DNA from: a virus
Lineage: Duplodnaviria > Caudoviricetes
Reading direction: 5' to 3' (one strand)
Virus record (IMG/VR): IMGVR_UViG_3300047090_000036
Coordinates: 1 to 45,666 of that record
Length of the DNA stretch: 45,666 bases
This document shows positions 37,349 through 45,349 of the stretch, piece after piece (the stretch's first letter is position 1; each line of letters opens with the position of its first letter). Under the pieces are notes generated by a model that was not told where the DNA came from, searched no databases, and was given only the letters and a program-made list of their open reading frames with translations. The position numbers and the translations under genes were made by a program.

Positions 37349-37814
37349 GAACGACAACATAGACGTATTTAAGTTCGTTGAAATGCTCAGCGCCGACGAA
37401 TGCTGGCGCTGGAACGGACCATTCGGGGGTCGCAAACGCGATCCCCGTCCGTATTTCTCGGCTGGTGGCCGACGCACAATGGCATATAGAATAGTGTGGG
37501 AACTCGTTAACGGTCGCGAGCTTACACGTGATGAACTCATATTGCATAGCTGCGACAATGGTGCCTTCATAGGATGTTGTAACCCCAAACATCTGCGCGT
37601 CGGTAGTGCGCAGGATAACTCGAACGATATGACGCTGAGAGAGAGGCATGGTATGAGTGCCAACATGATTAAACAAATCATGCGTCTACTCAACGAAGGC
37701 CGAACTCAGCAAGAGATAGCCGACCTGTTTGGTTGTAGTCGAGAGGCTATCTCGTCAATAGCTACAGGTCGAGCGTATAAACGATACATAAATAAGGAAA
37801 GTAACGATGTATAA
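37341..37814 (+). CDS. HNH endonuclease with C-terminal HTH
   Basis: ECWRWNG, AYRIVW, ILHSCDN...CCNPKHL..GSAQDN, TQQEIADLFGCSREAISSI. Confidence 0.9.
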   Translation: MRKNDNIDVFKFVEMLSADECWRWNGPFGGRKRDPRPYFSAGGRRTMAYRIVWELVNGRELTRDELILHSCDNGAFIGCCNPKHLRVGSAQDNSNDMTLRERHGMSANMIKQIMRLLNEGRTQQEIADLFGCSREAISSIATGRAYKRYINKESNDV

Positions 37815-37983
37815 ACTCATATTGGCAACCGTAGCGTTGTCGCTAGGTTCGTGCACCGCAGTCATCGTGCTGAAGAACCCACGCACGGGTGAGATAGCAC
37901 AATGTAACGGTAAATGGGATAACAACTATGCGCAGTCGTGTGCCAATGGCTATTTGGCGGACGGCTGGCAGAGGATCAATTAG
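37807..37983 (+). CDS. Small lipoprotein (58 aa, not in the ORF track)
   Basis: MYKLILATVALSLGSC signal peptide and lipobox; AAGGA RBS. Confidence 0.7.
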   Translation: MYKLILATVALSLGSCTAVIVLKNPRTGEIAQCNGKWDNNYAQSCANGYLADGWQRIN

Positions 37984-38130
37984 ATGACTGATAGAGCACA
38001 AGGCTGGGTCGCGTTCGTCGTGTTCATAGTCGTAATGATGGTATGGCTACGACTGGAACCCACCGATACGTATTACGAGTGCGAGACAGCGAGCGGTCAG
38101 TATACGACATGCGTAAAACATAATAACTAG
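37984..38130 (+). CDS. Small single-TM membrane protein (48 aa, not in the ORF track)
   Basis: MTDRAQGWVAFVVFIVVMMVWLRLEP...ECETASGQYTTC; abuts the upstream stop. Confidence 0.55.
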   Translation: MTDRAQGWVAFVVFIVVMMVWLRLEPTDTYYECETASGQYTTCVKHNN

Positions 38131-38142
38131 GGAACACGTGGC

Positions 38143-38418
38143 ATGTGGCTACCAAACAACATCATAGCGGAGATAGACCGAGTAGCCATAATCCGCTATG
38201 TCAACGTAGGCGAGACTAAGTTGTGGAATGAACACCGACGCGAGGGTGAGTTACGTCTGTTAACCGGCTGGACGTGGATCGCTCGTAATGGTCGCTCGCA
38301 TAGACAAGGCTTCAAAACTCGAACCGTGGCAATGCGTGACGCATACTATGCATTGATACGCAATGAAGCAGTGCCTAAGCTACCGAGATTAGTGGTAGTT
38401 AGTCGGAAGGTAGCGTGA
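38143..38418 (+). CDS. Hypothetical protein
   Basis: Coupled to the downstream HTH gene. Confidence 0.65.
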   Translation: MWLPNNIIAEIDRVAIIRYVNVGETKLWNEHRREGELRLLTGWTWIARNGRSHRQGFKTRTVAMRDAYYALIRNEAVPKLPRLVVVSRKVA

Positions 38419-38852
38419 TGGCAAAGCCCACTGCGTTGCAAGTAGCACGTCACGGCCACGTCACGGCAGCAATACGCGAGGCTATGGCTAAGCTACACAT
38501 GACGCCATCGCAATTCCGTGATGCTCTCGGCATAGATAAGACCTCAACCAAAATCTATCCGTGGATCAGCGGCACAACTCCACCACCTGCTGAGTGGCAT
38601 ACACGTATAAGCAAGGTGCTCGACATACCGCGTGAGGCACTGATACCACGCGACGGTAAGCCGTCAACTGCTTTGGTGCCGGTCCCTAGTGGTATCACTA
38701 ATGAACGACCACGTAATGTAGCTGACGCTATGCAACTGTCATTAGTGATGATCGACAAAGAGGTAGCGAGACTGCAAGTGAACATGCATCTACCGTTATC
38801 TATGGCGATCACGATATTTCGCATGATAAGTGAGAAAACAACCACCGATTAG
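38415..38852 (+). CDS. XRE/Cro-like HTH transcriptional regulator
   Basis: IREAMAKLHMTPSQFRDALGI...IYPWISGTTPP...RISKVLDIP. Confidence 0.75.
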   Translation: MMAKPTALQVARHGHVTAAIREAMAKLHMTPSQFRDALGIDKTSTKIYPWISGTTPPPAEWHTRISKVLDIPREALIPRDGKPSTALVPVPSGITNERPRNVADAMQLSLVMIDKEVARLQVNMHLPLSMAITIFRMISEKTTTD

Positions 38853-38881
38853 TTGACAAAGCACGTGACCGGGTGTATAAT
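38853..38881 (+). promoter_or_regulatory. Perfect-consensus sigma70 promoter
   Basis: TTGACA-17 bp-TATAAT. Confidence 0.88.
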
Positions 38882-38955
38882 ATCACTTCTTCGACCGGAG
38901 GGCACAAGGTGCGCGAGGTTACGGGGAGCGTAATAAATGCGGGGCCGGAAGGCTC

Positions 38956-39564
38956 ATGCCCGAGAGCGTCACCAGCGTATTAGATAAGTTACTTACATTT
39001 ATCGATAAGCCGTGGAAAGCCGTCACTCTCGGTCTACTAGCCATATTAACGTTAGTCCTATATACGTTATACGAACAACGTGCGCAGATAGCGGCAGCAG
39101 TATTACAGAGCCTCGTAACGCCACGTCTATTAGCCGACGTATATAAACAGAGTAGTGCGGCGTTGCTCAGAGATACGCGCGGCGATTATACGCAGCTACT
39201 CGGCGTCGAGTTAGATCATAATACATTCAACTATCTAGGCGGCTATCAACGTAATGGAGACGTGTGGCAGCTAGGTGAGACGCCACATACGATAATTAGT
39301 GATGCGACCGATACGCAAGCCGTAGCGGAGATTATCGAGGGTCACACCGTATGCCGCGACGCTAATCACGATAGCGGTAAGGTAGGCGACCGTCTATCAG
39401 CGAAATACGACATTAAGCGCTATTGTGTTATCGGAGTTCCGCCTGTGCTCGGTGTGCTTGTCGGCGCGTTATACGTAGGCTGGCATGAGGCACTGAATGC
39501 ACATGATGAAGATGACGCTACTCATGTAATGCGTCATGCCGCGATGAAGCTAGCCGACTGGTAA
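38956..39564 (+). CDS. Single-TM protein with GAF-like domain (T4 holin T-like architecture)
   Basis: Amphipathic N-terminal helix, one TM segment, C-terminal CVIGVPP..LVGALYVGW...MRHAAMKL. Confidence 0.55.
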   Translation: MPESVTSVLDKLLTFIDKPWKAVTLGLLAILTLVLYTLYEQRAQIAAAVLQSLVTPRLLADVYKQSSAALLRDTRGDYTQLLGVELDHNTFNYLGGYQRNGDVWQLGETPHTIISDATDTQAVAEIIEGHTVCRDANHDSGKVGDRLSAKYDIKRYCVIGVPPVLGVLVGALYVGWHEALNAHDEDDATHVMRHAAMKLADW

Positions 39565-39628
39565 CGAGGCGCGACGATAGTCGCGCGCTGTGATCGCCCA
39601 TGAGATCGCAGATTTACACGTGTAAGCA

Positions 39629-39660
39629 CCCGCGCTCACGCACCGTGACGCGGGATTTTT
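39629..39660 (+). terminator. Intrinsic terminator
   Basis: CCCGCG(C)TCACG-CAC-CGTGACGCGGG followed by ATTTTT. Confidence 0.75.
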
Positions 39661-39683
39661 GTGTCAGTAATATGGAGATATAA

Positions 39684-40634
39684 ATGATGGATCATAATAT
39701 AACCGACGACGAAACGACGGAGCAACCCGTTGTTAACGCTAGCAATCCTGCTAATATCATAGGCGAGATCACGCCATTCACGCCCTACAATACGCCCGAC
39801 TCGCCTATCATGTTTCCGGTAGGCTTGCGTCAAGTAGCGTGGCAAACACGTGCAGGACAATACGAGAACTTAGCCGGACATAAGGCACTGATACGGTTAT
39901 CTCCCGACGCGAAATCTGCATCTGTTCTTGCGGTAGTTAGCGATAGTTATCGTATTGTTCATAACCGTGAGCTTATTTGTCGAGTTGAAGACACGCTCAT
40001 GAAGGAGCTACCGGAGCGTGCATTGAAGGATGTTAGAGTTACGGATAAGGTAGCATACAACGGTCGCGTGTGTTACCGCGAGTATGTGTTTCCCGGCCTG
40101 TGTAGCGACATAGGCGCCAAGTCGCAGATAGCCTTCCGTATCATCATCCAGAACGGTTACGGCGGCTCAGCAATCCGCATATTGGCGGGAGCTATCGAAT
40201 TCTGGTGTAGCAACGGCTGTGTCCGTGGCGAGTATGACGCCATCTATCGTAGACATACCAGCGGTTTAGTCATCGAGCATCTCGATACAACTGTAGCGCG
40301 TAGCATTAATACATATGTCAAGGCCACGCATGAGTGGCGCAAGTGGACTAAACAACCGATTGCTCATGAGGCGGCGATGGAATTGTTCCGCGCCATCGCT
40401 CACACACCTAGTCAACTAGAGAAGTTTACCGATAGGTGGATGACTGAGCAAGAGGATCGAGGTCGTAATCTGTGGGCTGCATACTCGACGCTCACATATT
40501 ACGCGAGCCACAACGAAGGCCAGTTCGCAGTTAGGCGAGAGTCAGCGAACGCTTCCGCTATCATGATGCAGCGTGAGTTGAACGTGGCTAAGTGGATAGA
40601 GCGGCCAGAGTTTCGTGCGCTGGTTCCAGCATGA
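39684..40634 (+). CDS. DUF932/DUF945-like protein
   Basis: LAVVSDSYRIVHNREL, IQNGYGGSA, FWCSNG, YRRHT, NLWAAYSTLT. Confidence 0.8.
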   Translation: MMDHNITDDETTEQPVVNASNPANIIGEITPFTPYNTPDSPIMFPVGLRQVAWQTRAGQYENLAGHKALIRLSPDAKSASVLAVVSDSYRIVHNRELICRVEDTLMKELPERALKDVRVTDKVAYNGRVCYREYVFPGLCSDIGAKSQIAFRIIIQNGYGGSAIRILAGAIEFWCSNGCVRGEYDAIYRRHTSGLVIEHLDTTVARSINTYVKATHEWRKWTKQPIAHEAAMELFRAIAHTPSQLEKFTDRWMTEQEDRGRNLWAAYSTLTYYASHNEGQFAVRRESANASAIMMQRELNVAKWIERPEFRALVPA

Positions 40635-40834
40635 CATATGATCTCTTAGACAACTGCGAGGTTATCGCCGCGACCGAGAAGGCAATCAAGGTCGCGTGGA
40701 CCGACAAAGAGGGTGACATACAGAATGCGTGGATACCGCGATCCGTGTGTCAGAACGGCGATGAACTAGGTGAAGGAGACCAAGACATATCGGTAGCTAG
40801 ATGGTTCGCTAGCAAAGAGGATTTGCCGGTGTGA
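40631..40834 (+). CDS. Hypothetical protein
   Basis: ATEKAIKV...WIPRSV...VARWFA; ATGA coupling. Confidence 0.7.
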   Translation: MTYDLLDNCEVIAATEKAIKVAWTDKEGDIQNAWIPRSVCQNGDELGEGDQDISVARWFASKEDLPV

Positions 40835-40837
40835 TAT

Positions 40838-40866
40838 TTGACTTTGGCGTAATTATGTTGTAATAT
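40838..40866 (+). promoter_or_regulatory. Sigma70-type promoter
   Basis: TTGACT-17 bp-TAATAT; shares TTGACTTTGGCGTA with the 35411 promoter. Confidence 0.6.
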
Positions 40867-40903
40867 GATTACGCTTTGGCAGGCAAGATACAAAGCATAA
40901 CTT

Positions 40904-40945
40904 GGTGGCGTGCAACGGGTTCGTTCGTTGCACGCCATCCTTTTT
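40904..40945 (+). terminator. Long UUCG-loop hairpin with T-tract (terminator/attenuator)
   Basis: GGTGGCGTGCAACGGG-TTCG-TTCGTTGCACGCCATC followed by CTTTTT. Confidence 0.7.
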
Positions 40946-40963
40946 ATATACGTAGAGGATAAT

Positions 40964-41410
40964 ATGTTAACGTCAACAAACGCTAGTCTATTGACTAATA
41001 AGATCAATAAGGCTTTCGATAACATTGGTAAGACTAACGGCACGTCCATGCCAGAGAGTGCGCGCAACATGGATTGGATGGCGTATGAGTTGCACGTTGC
41101 TATGCATCTCTCACGTATGGCTGATGCACGTAAGGCGGCGGCTATGAAGCAGGCTATCAACGTGGGCCTTATCCCTAACTATAAGGAACAGCCAAAGACA
41201 CCGGGCACTCAAGCGACCACATATAGTGGTCTCGTTAACGTGCAGATGGTCGTTCGTAATGGTCGCAGTATTACAGACACCGACAAGCTCATTCAGGAGT
41301 TGGTTGATAATGGTGTCGATAGCGGCCTAGTGCTCAAGCTATTCGATAAGCACACCAAGATGTCTGCACCGTCACACATATTCACGACTACTCTATCAAT
41401 CGAGAACTAA
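40964..41410 (+). CDS. Hypothetical protein
   Basis: GAGGA RBS before ATG 40964. Confidence 0.7.
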   Translation: MLTSTNASLLTNKINKAFDNIGKTNGTSMPESARNMDWMAYELHVAMHLSRMADARKAAAMKQAINVGLIPNYKEQPKTPGTQATTYSGLVNVQMVVRNGRSITDTDKLIQELVDNGVDSGLVLKLFDKHTKMSAPSHIFTTTLSIEN

Positions 41411-41468
41411 CCCTAGTCACTAGCTGCATTGCAGCAATACGGGGCTTTCGTAATTAGCGGGAGCCAAC

Positions 41469-41705
41469 ATGGCAGATGTAATATATATCAACGGCGTTAA
41501 GCCAAAGAGTGAGAGCCGTCAATTTGGCGGACACAAGTATCATTTGCAGTTCGATGCTAATGCACCGCCAGAGCGACGATGGTTCTGGCGTGTGCTGTTT
41601 ACACGAACATATGAGTATGTAGGGGCAGCGCCAACTATCCAAAAGGCTGCGAAGGAAGCAGAACGTAAGATAATGGAGCTTGAGAATGGACGCATTAGAG
41701 CATGA
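41469..41705 (+). CDS. Hypothetical protein
   Basis: GGGAG RBS. Confidence 0.65.
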   Translation: MADVIYINGVKPKSESRQFGGHKYHLQFDANAPPERRWFWRVLFTRTYEYVGAAPTIQKAAKEAERKIMELENGRIRA

Positions 41706-41988
41706 CGACACGCCGATACATAGGGCGACCGTCAACCAACTCACTATCGAAAAGCTAGACGCATTCCTGGATAGTCTACGTGCGCGGCGCCTAGCCGTGG
41801 TCAAGAAGCTCGAAACGGTGGCTAAGGTAAAGGCCGACGACGCTGAGTTGACTACGTATATGAAGTTCGAGCGTGCCAACAAGCAAGCCGTGAAGTTGTT
41901 GGACAAGTTGGCAGAGGACGAAATGCGAGCCGAGCAATTAGTGAACAAGTTGCGTGTGTTGGTTATGGATATGGGGATCGACGCATGA
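41686..41988 (+). CDS. Coiled-coil hypothetical protein
   Basis: GGAG RBS; helical, charged sequence. Confidence 0.65.
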   Translation: MDALEHDDTPIHRATVNQLTIEKLDAFLDSLRARRLAVVKKLETVAKVKADDAELTTYMKFERANKQAVKLLDKLAEDEMRAEQLVNKLRVLVMDMGIDA

Positions 41989-42251
41989 CACTTCCTCCGG
42001 TTAGAGCACGTGATCTGAGACTGAACATTAAGGATATGGGCTTCGAGCAAGGCGTGGTGGCGACACTAGAACACTTGTTGGAAGAGTTCTCAGCGTATCG
42101 ACAATACTTGCGTGAGTTATCCGAACTGCAATCGACATGTATGGATACCATGTCGCAGTTCATACAGATTAGCGAGGCCATGAAATACCGACTCGAAACA
42201 TTAAGACGAGTGGAGCAGCATAACGATGATGAAGCGAGTGGCGAAGGCTAG
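41985..42251 (+). CDS. Coiled-coil hypothetical protein
   Basis: ATGA coupling. Confidence 0.65.
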   Translation: MTLPPVRARDLRLNIKDMGFEQGVVATLEHLLEEFSAYRQYLRELSELQSTCMDTMSQFIQISEAMKYRLETLRRVEQHNDDEASGEG

Positions 42252-43290
42252 CTTCCGTATGGCGTCGGCTGATGATGCACACTTGCCGACGTTCGATAAC
42301 ACACGACTACAGGCGCTAAATACATGTCCGACCTGGGGGACACTCAGATATGGAATGCATAAGACGATGCCGCATCCCGGTCGTGCATTGGCGTTGGAGT
42401 GTGGTCACGCTATGCATGAGGTGTTTGCATGGGTGCGTCTATGCACACTGAGTAAGCAGATCGATAGTGACATAGATAGCCTAGCTGCATTCCAGCACCA
42501 CGGCTTGCGTATGTTTGGTCGTGACCGCTTCGATCTGATTATAGATAACGTGCAGATGACAGGCGACCATCTTGGTTATGTTAAGTCAGGTGCCATCGCT
42601 GTCCTCAATAGTAGTGGTTTCTACGATGATCCGCGTGACAAGCGTAGAACACTAACGAACATGGAAGAAGCGGCTCTCGTATACGTGGATCGTTGGCGTT
42701 GGGATCAGCCGGTGTGGATACGTGACCACGACGATCCATGTGGTGACGTAGGCATAGAGATACCATTCGATATGGTAGTGGACCTCAATGACTACCAGTT
42801 TCGGTTGACTGGTCGCATTGACGGTATCCACGATCACTTCGACGGTGTGCGGTTACATGAGAACAAGACGGCCGCACGACTGAATGATGCGTGGCAGAAT
42901 AGCTTTCATATGTCATCGCAGATTACCGGCTATTGCATTGCGGCGTCTACGTTCACCGGTCGCATGGTAACGCGAGCCGACGTTATCGGTATCAGTATAC
43001 CGATGCCTAAGACTTATGAATACGGTGGCTATATACGCGACACATATAGCCGCCATGATTACCATTTCGAGCGTTGGATTAGTTGGCTAGATCATACGAT
43101 TACGATGGCCTTGTTGTATGAGAACAACCCGTATGATGCGCCTAAGTATACTCATAGCTGCAATAGATACTTTCGTCCCTGTAGCTTTATCCCGTTTTGC
43201 GATAGCAGCGATCAGGAACAACGGGAGATGGTAGCCGAGATGGTTACGGATGAGTGGAGTCCGTTAAACAAAGTGGAGGAATTAGATTGA
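42226..43290 (+). CDS. PD-(D/E)XK nuclease (RecB/Cas4-like exonuclease)
   Basis: NTCP, GHAMHE, GIEIPF, LTGRIDGI, HENKT, QITGY, C-terminal CNRYFRPCSFIPFC. Confidence 0.85.
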   Translation: MMKRVAKASFRMASADDAHLPTFDNTRLQALNTCPTWGTLRYGMHKTMPHPGRALALECGHAMHEVFAWVRLCTLSKQIDSDIDSLAAFQHHGLRMFGRDRFDLIIDNVQMTGDHLGYVKSGAIAVLNSSGFYDDPRDKRRTLTNMEEAALVYVDRWRWDQPVWIRDHDDPCGDVGIEIPFDMVVDLNDYQFRLTGRIDGIHDHFDGVRLHENKTAARLNDAWQNSFHMSSQITGYCIAASTFTGRMVTRADVIGISIPMPKTYEYGGYIRDTYSRHDYHFERWISWLDHTITMALLYENNPYDAPKYTHSCNRYFRPCSFIPFCDSSDQEQREMVAEMVTDEWSPLNKVEELD

Positions 43291-44102
43291 ACGATGAAGC
43301 ACCATTAGTAATAGGTGGCAGACAACTACGACGCCCTACGGCTGACAATGCTCAGCTATCTATATTACTGTGGGGTAAGGCAGGATGTGGCAAGACGACG
43401 CTCGCTGCAACTGGACCCGGCACGAAACTTTACGTGTTGTTCGACGCTCATGGAACCGACTCGTTAACTGGGCGCGAAGATTGCCTAGAGATGAACTTGG
43501 TTGACGAAGGGCCAACGGTAATAGGCGAGTTCGATAAGGCTGATCCATTTGCCTTGTCGCAATGGTTCCAACGTTATCCAGACATAGAGACTCTAGTTAT
43601 GGATAGCATTACGACGATGGCCGATAAGGCGCTTGATCGTGCTGTGTCTCTAAGTAAGAACTCGACTACGCTATTACCCGGTCAGAATGGATGGACTGCG
43701 CGTAACTCGTTAATCAAACGCTCAGTGTCCATGATGATACGCTTTTGCCAACGACATAATAAGCATGTTATATTTACCGCACACGAAGGCAATCCGCGTC
43801 TCAACGATCAGGGTGCGGTCATCGAGTTTCCGTCTATATTATCGAGTAATCTAGTGGAACCATTAATTATACCACTAGGCGAAGTATGGTGGCTTAGCGA
43901 TCCCGGTAGTAGCAAGGATCGTAGAATAGCCATTAGGCCGACACGACAACGCACACTTATGAAAAGCCGTATGTGGGATACAGAAGGCGAACCTGAGTTC
44001 GTGTGGAAGTATAGTGTCAAGACTATGAAAGGAGATGGTATATCGACGTGGTTCGATATGTGGAAGAAGAACGGTGGTCGTAAACTACCGTTACCTAAGT
44101 AG
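43287..44102 (+). CDS. AAA_24/Sak4-like ATPase (recombinase)
   Basis: LLWGKAGCGKTT, TLVMDSIT, HVIFTAHE; TTG start with GGAGG RBS overlapping the nuclease stop. Confidence 0.82.
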   Translation: MNDEAPLVIGGRQLRRPTADNAQLSILLWGKAGCGKTTLAATGPGTKLYVLFDAHGTDSLTGREDCLEMNLVDEGPTVIGEFDKADPFALSQWFQRYPDIETLVMDSITTMADKALDRAVSLSKNSTTLLPGQNGWTARNSLIKRSVSMMIRFCQRHNKHVIFTAHEGNPRLNDQGAVIEFPSILSSNLVEPLIIPLGEVWWLSDPGSSKDRRIAIRPTRQRTLMKSRMWDTEGEPEFVWKYSVKTMKGDGISTWFDMWKKNGGRKLPLPK

Positions 44103-44123
44103 TTATAATTAGGAGTATCTGTA

Positions 44124-44537
44124 ATGGATGGTTTGTCACTAATTGAGTTCAGCGAAGACCTGAACAATGCCGAGGCGCCGACACCGTTGCCGCCGAATAT
44201 CTATCCCGCAGAGATTATCTCGGCGGAACCTAAGATATCGCAGGCTAGCGGTAATCGGTATCTGGCTACGCAATGGCGTATCCCTGCCGATGCTTATCCT
44301 GCTGACTTCACCGACGGCGATCCCGATGGCATGGTACTGAGCTACAACCGTGTGTTGTTGATGGATGAGAAGACACCGCGTTATCGGTTGCGTAAGTTTC
44401 TCGAAGCAATCGGTGGTCCGTTGGGCCGCACACTGGACCCGAGTGACCTGATTGGTCTCACGGCTAACGTTAGCGTAGGCACCGAGGAATACGAGGGCGA
44501 GAAGCGTAGCGTTATCAAGATGGTAATGGCAGCGTAA
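44124..44537 (+). CDS. DUF669-like ssDNA-binding protein
   Basis: PLPPNIYPAEI...SQASGNRYL...LRKFLEAIG...DLIG...EEYEG; follows the Sak4-like gene. Confidence 0.75.
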   Translation: MDGLSLIEFSEDLNNAEAPTPLPPNIYPAEIISAEPKISQASGNRYLATQWRIPADAYPADFTDGDPDGMVLSYNRVLLMDEKTPRYRLRKFLEAIGGPLGRTLDPSDLIGLTANVSVGTEEYEGEKRSVIKMVMAA

Positions 44538-44680
44538 TTCGAGCAAAGGATGCTACTCGACGTGGTGCCAGTGCCATGCCGACGTTGTGCCGGTATTGCG
44601 CCGGGTAGCGCCATGCATTATACTCTGCATATTCGATGCATCATGGTGGTGCATCGTAGCATATATATAAGGAAGCAGTT

Positions 44681-44962
44681 ATGGCCCAGCGGCCTTCTGA
44701 TGCGCCTAAGGCACCCCGCAAGCCTCGCTCGCCGTCTCCCCCTAAGGCAGCCTACTTCATCGTGCAAGTATTGGATGAGAACGGTAGCCCGATGTTGTTC
44801 GACAAGGCTCGCGTCAAGATTATCGGCGTCGAGAATAACGCTGATCGAGTGTTGGAGATTGTCGAAGGTAACGCACACCCGTTTGCGTTCTACCTGCGTG
44901 GTTATGTCGGCGGCACACGTCCCGCAAATCCTGCACCGCAAGCCGTTCCACAGGCTGCATAG
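44681..44962 (+). CDS. Hypothetical protein
   Basis: AAGGAAG RBS; followed by a terminator. Confidence 0.7.
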   Translation: MAQRPSDAPKAPRKPRSPSPPKAAYFIVQVLDENGSPMLFDKARVKIIGVENNADRVLEIVEGNAHPFAFYLRGYVGGTRPANPAPQAVPQAA

Positions 44963-45008
44963 AGATAGCGTAACGCCGCATAACATATCGCTACACTACG
45001 CCTAACGA

Positions 45009-45040
45009 TGAGCCGCCCGAGTGATCGGGCGGCTTATTTG
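45009..45040 (+). terminator. Intrinsic terminator-like hairpin
   Basis: AGCCGCCCGA-GTGA-TCGGGCGGCT followed by TATTT. Confidence 0.7.
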
Positions 45041-45064
45041 CGTTTGACATAATGGAGTGTTACT

Positions 45065-45349
45065 ATGGATGACGTTCCGCTACGTGTATGCGTCAACGTG
45101 CCATCTAACGTTCCCGAACAACGCGGTCGATATGCAACCTCATTTCCTCACGGTCATCTAGTGTCCATTAGGATGCCAGCACGCGCCGTAGACGCTATCG
45201 ACGCAGCACGTAAGCTACTCGACCCGAAGTTATCTCGCGCTATGTTTATACGTATAGCAGCAACACGAGTAGCCGAGGCTATCATTCCCACGAATAAGGA
45301 TATTCATGATGGACCAAGTAACGGTAATGGAACCGACGATAGTCTTTGA
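45065..45349 (+). CDS. Ribbon-helix-helix-like DNA-binding protein
   Basis: LVSIRMPARAVDAIDAAR...LSRAMFIRIAA pattern; GGAG RBS. Confidence 0.6.
   Translation: MDDVPLRVCVNVPSNVPEQRGRYATSFPHGHLVSIRMPARAVDAIDAARKLLDPKLSRAMFIRIAATRVAEAIIPTNKDIHDGPSNGNGTDDSL

Larger units (their letters stand above)
35343..39595 (+). repeat. Three copies of a CGCG hairpin plus CGC(T/A)GTG(A/T)TC element (35343-35368, 37137-37161, 39570-39595)
   Basis: CGCGCCGAAGGTCGCGCGCAGTGTTC, CGCGCCAAAGGCGCGCGCTGTGATC, CGCGACGATAGTCGCGCGCTGTGATC; all intergenic. Confidence 0.8.

Noticed and set aside
37341-37814. HNH gene as part of a group I intron or intein
   Set aside because: It is free-standing between small coupled genes, with no interrupted host gene.
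33223-39625. CRISPR array or mini-array interpretation of the early-region repeats
   Set aside because: Copies are separated by 200 to over 2000 bp containing genes, not by uniform 25-45 nt spacers, and there is no cas operon.
42226-43290. Cas4 as part of a CRISPR system
   Set aside because: Its context beside a Sak4-like ATPase and SSB is a standard phage recombination module.
44550-45005. 151-aa ORF and its antisense counterpart
   Set aside because: Shadows of 44681-44962, which has an RBS and a more protein-like sequence.
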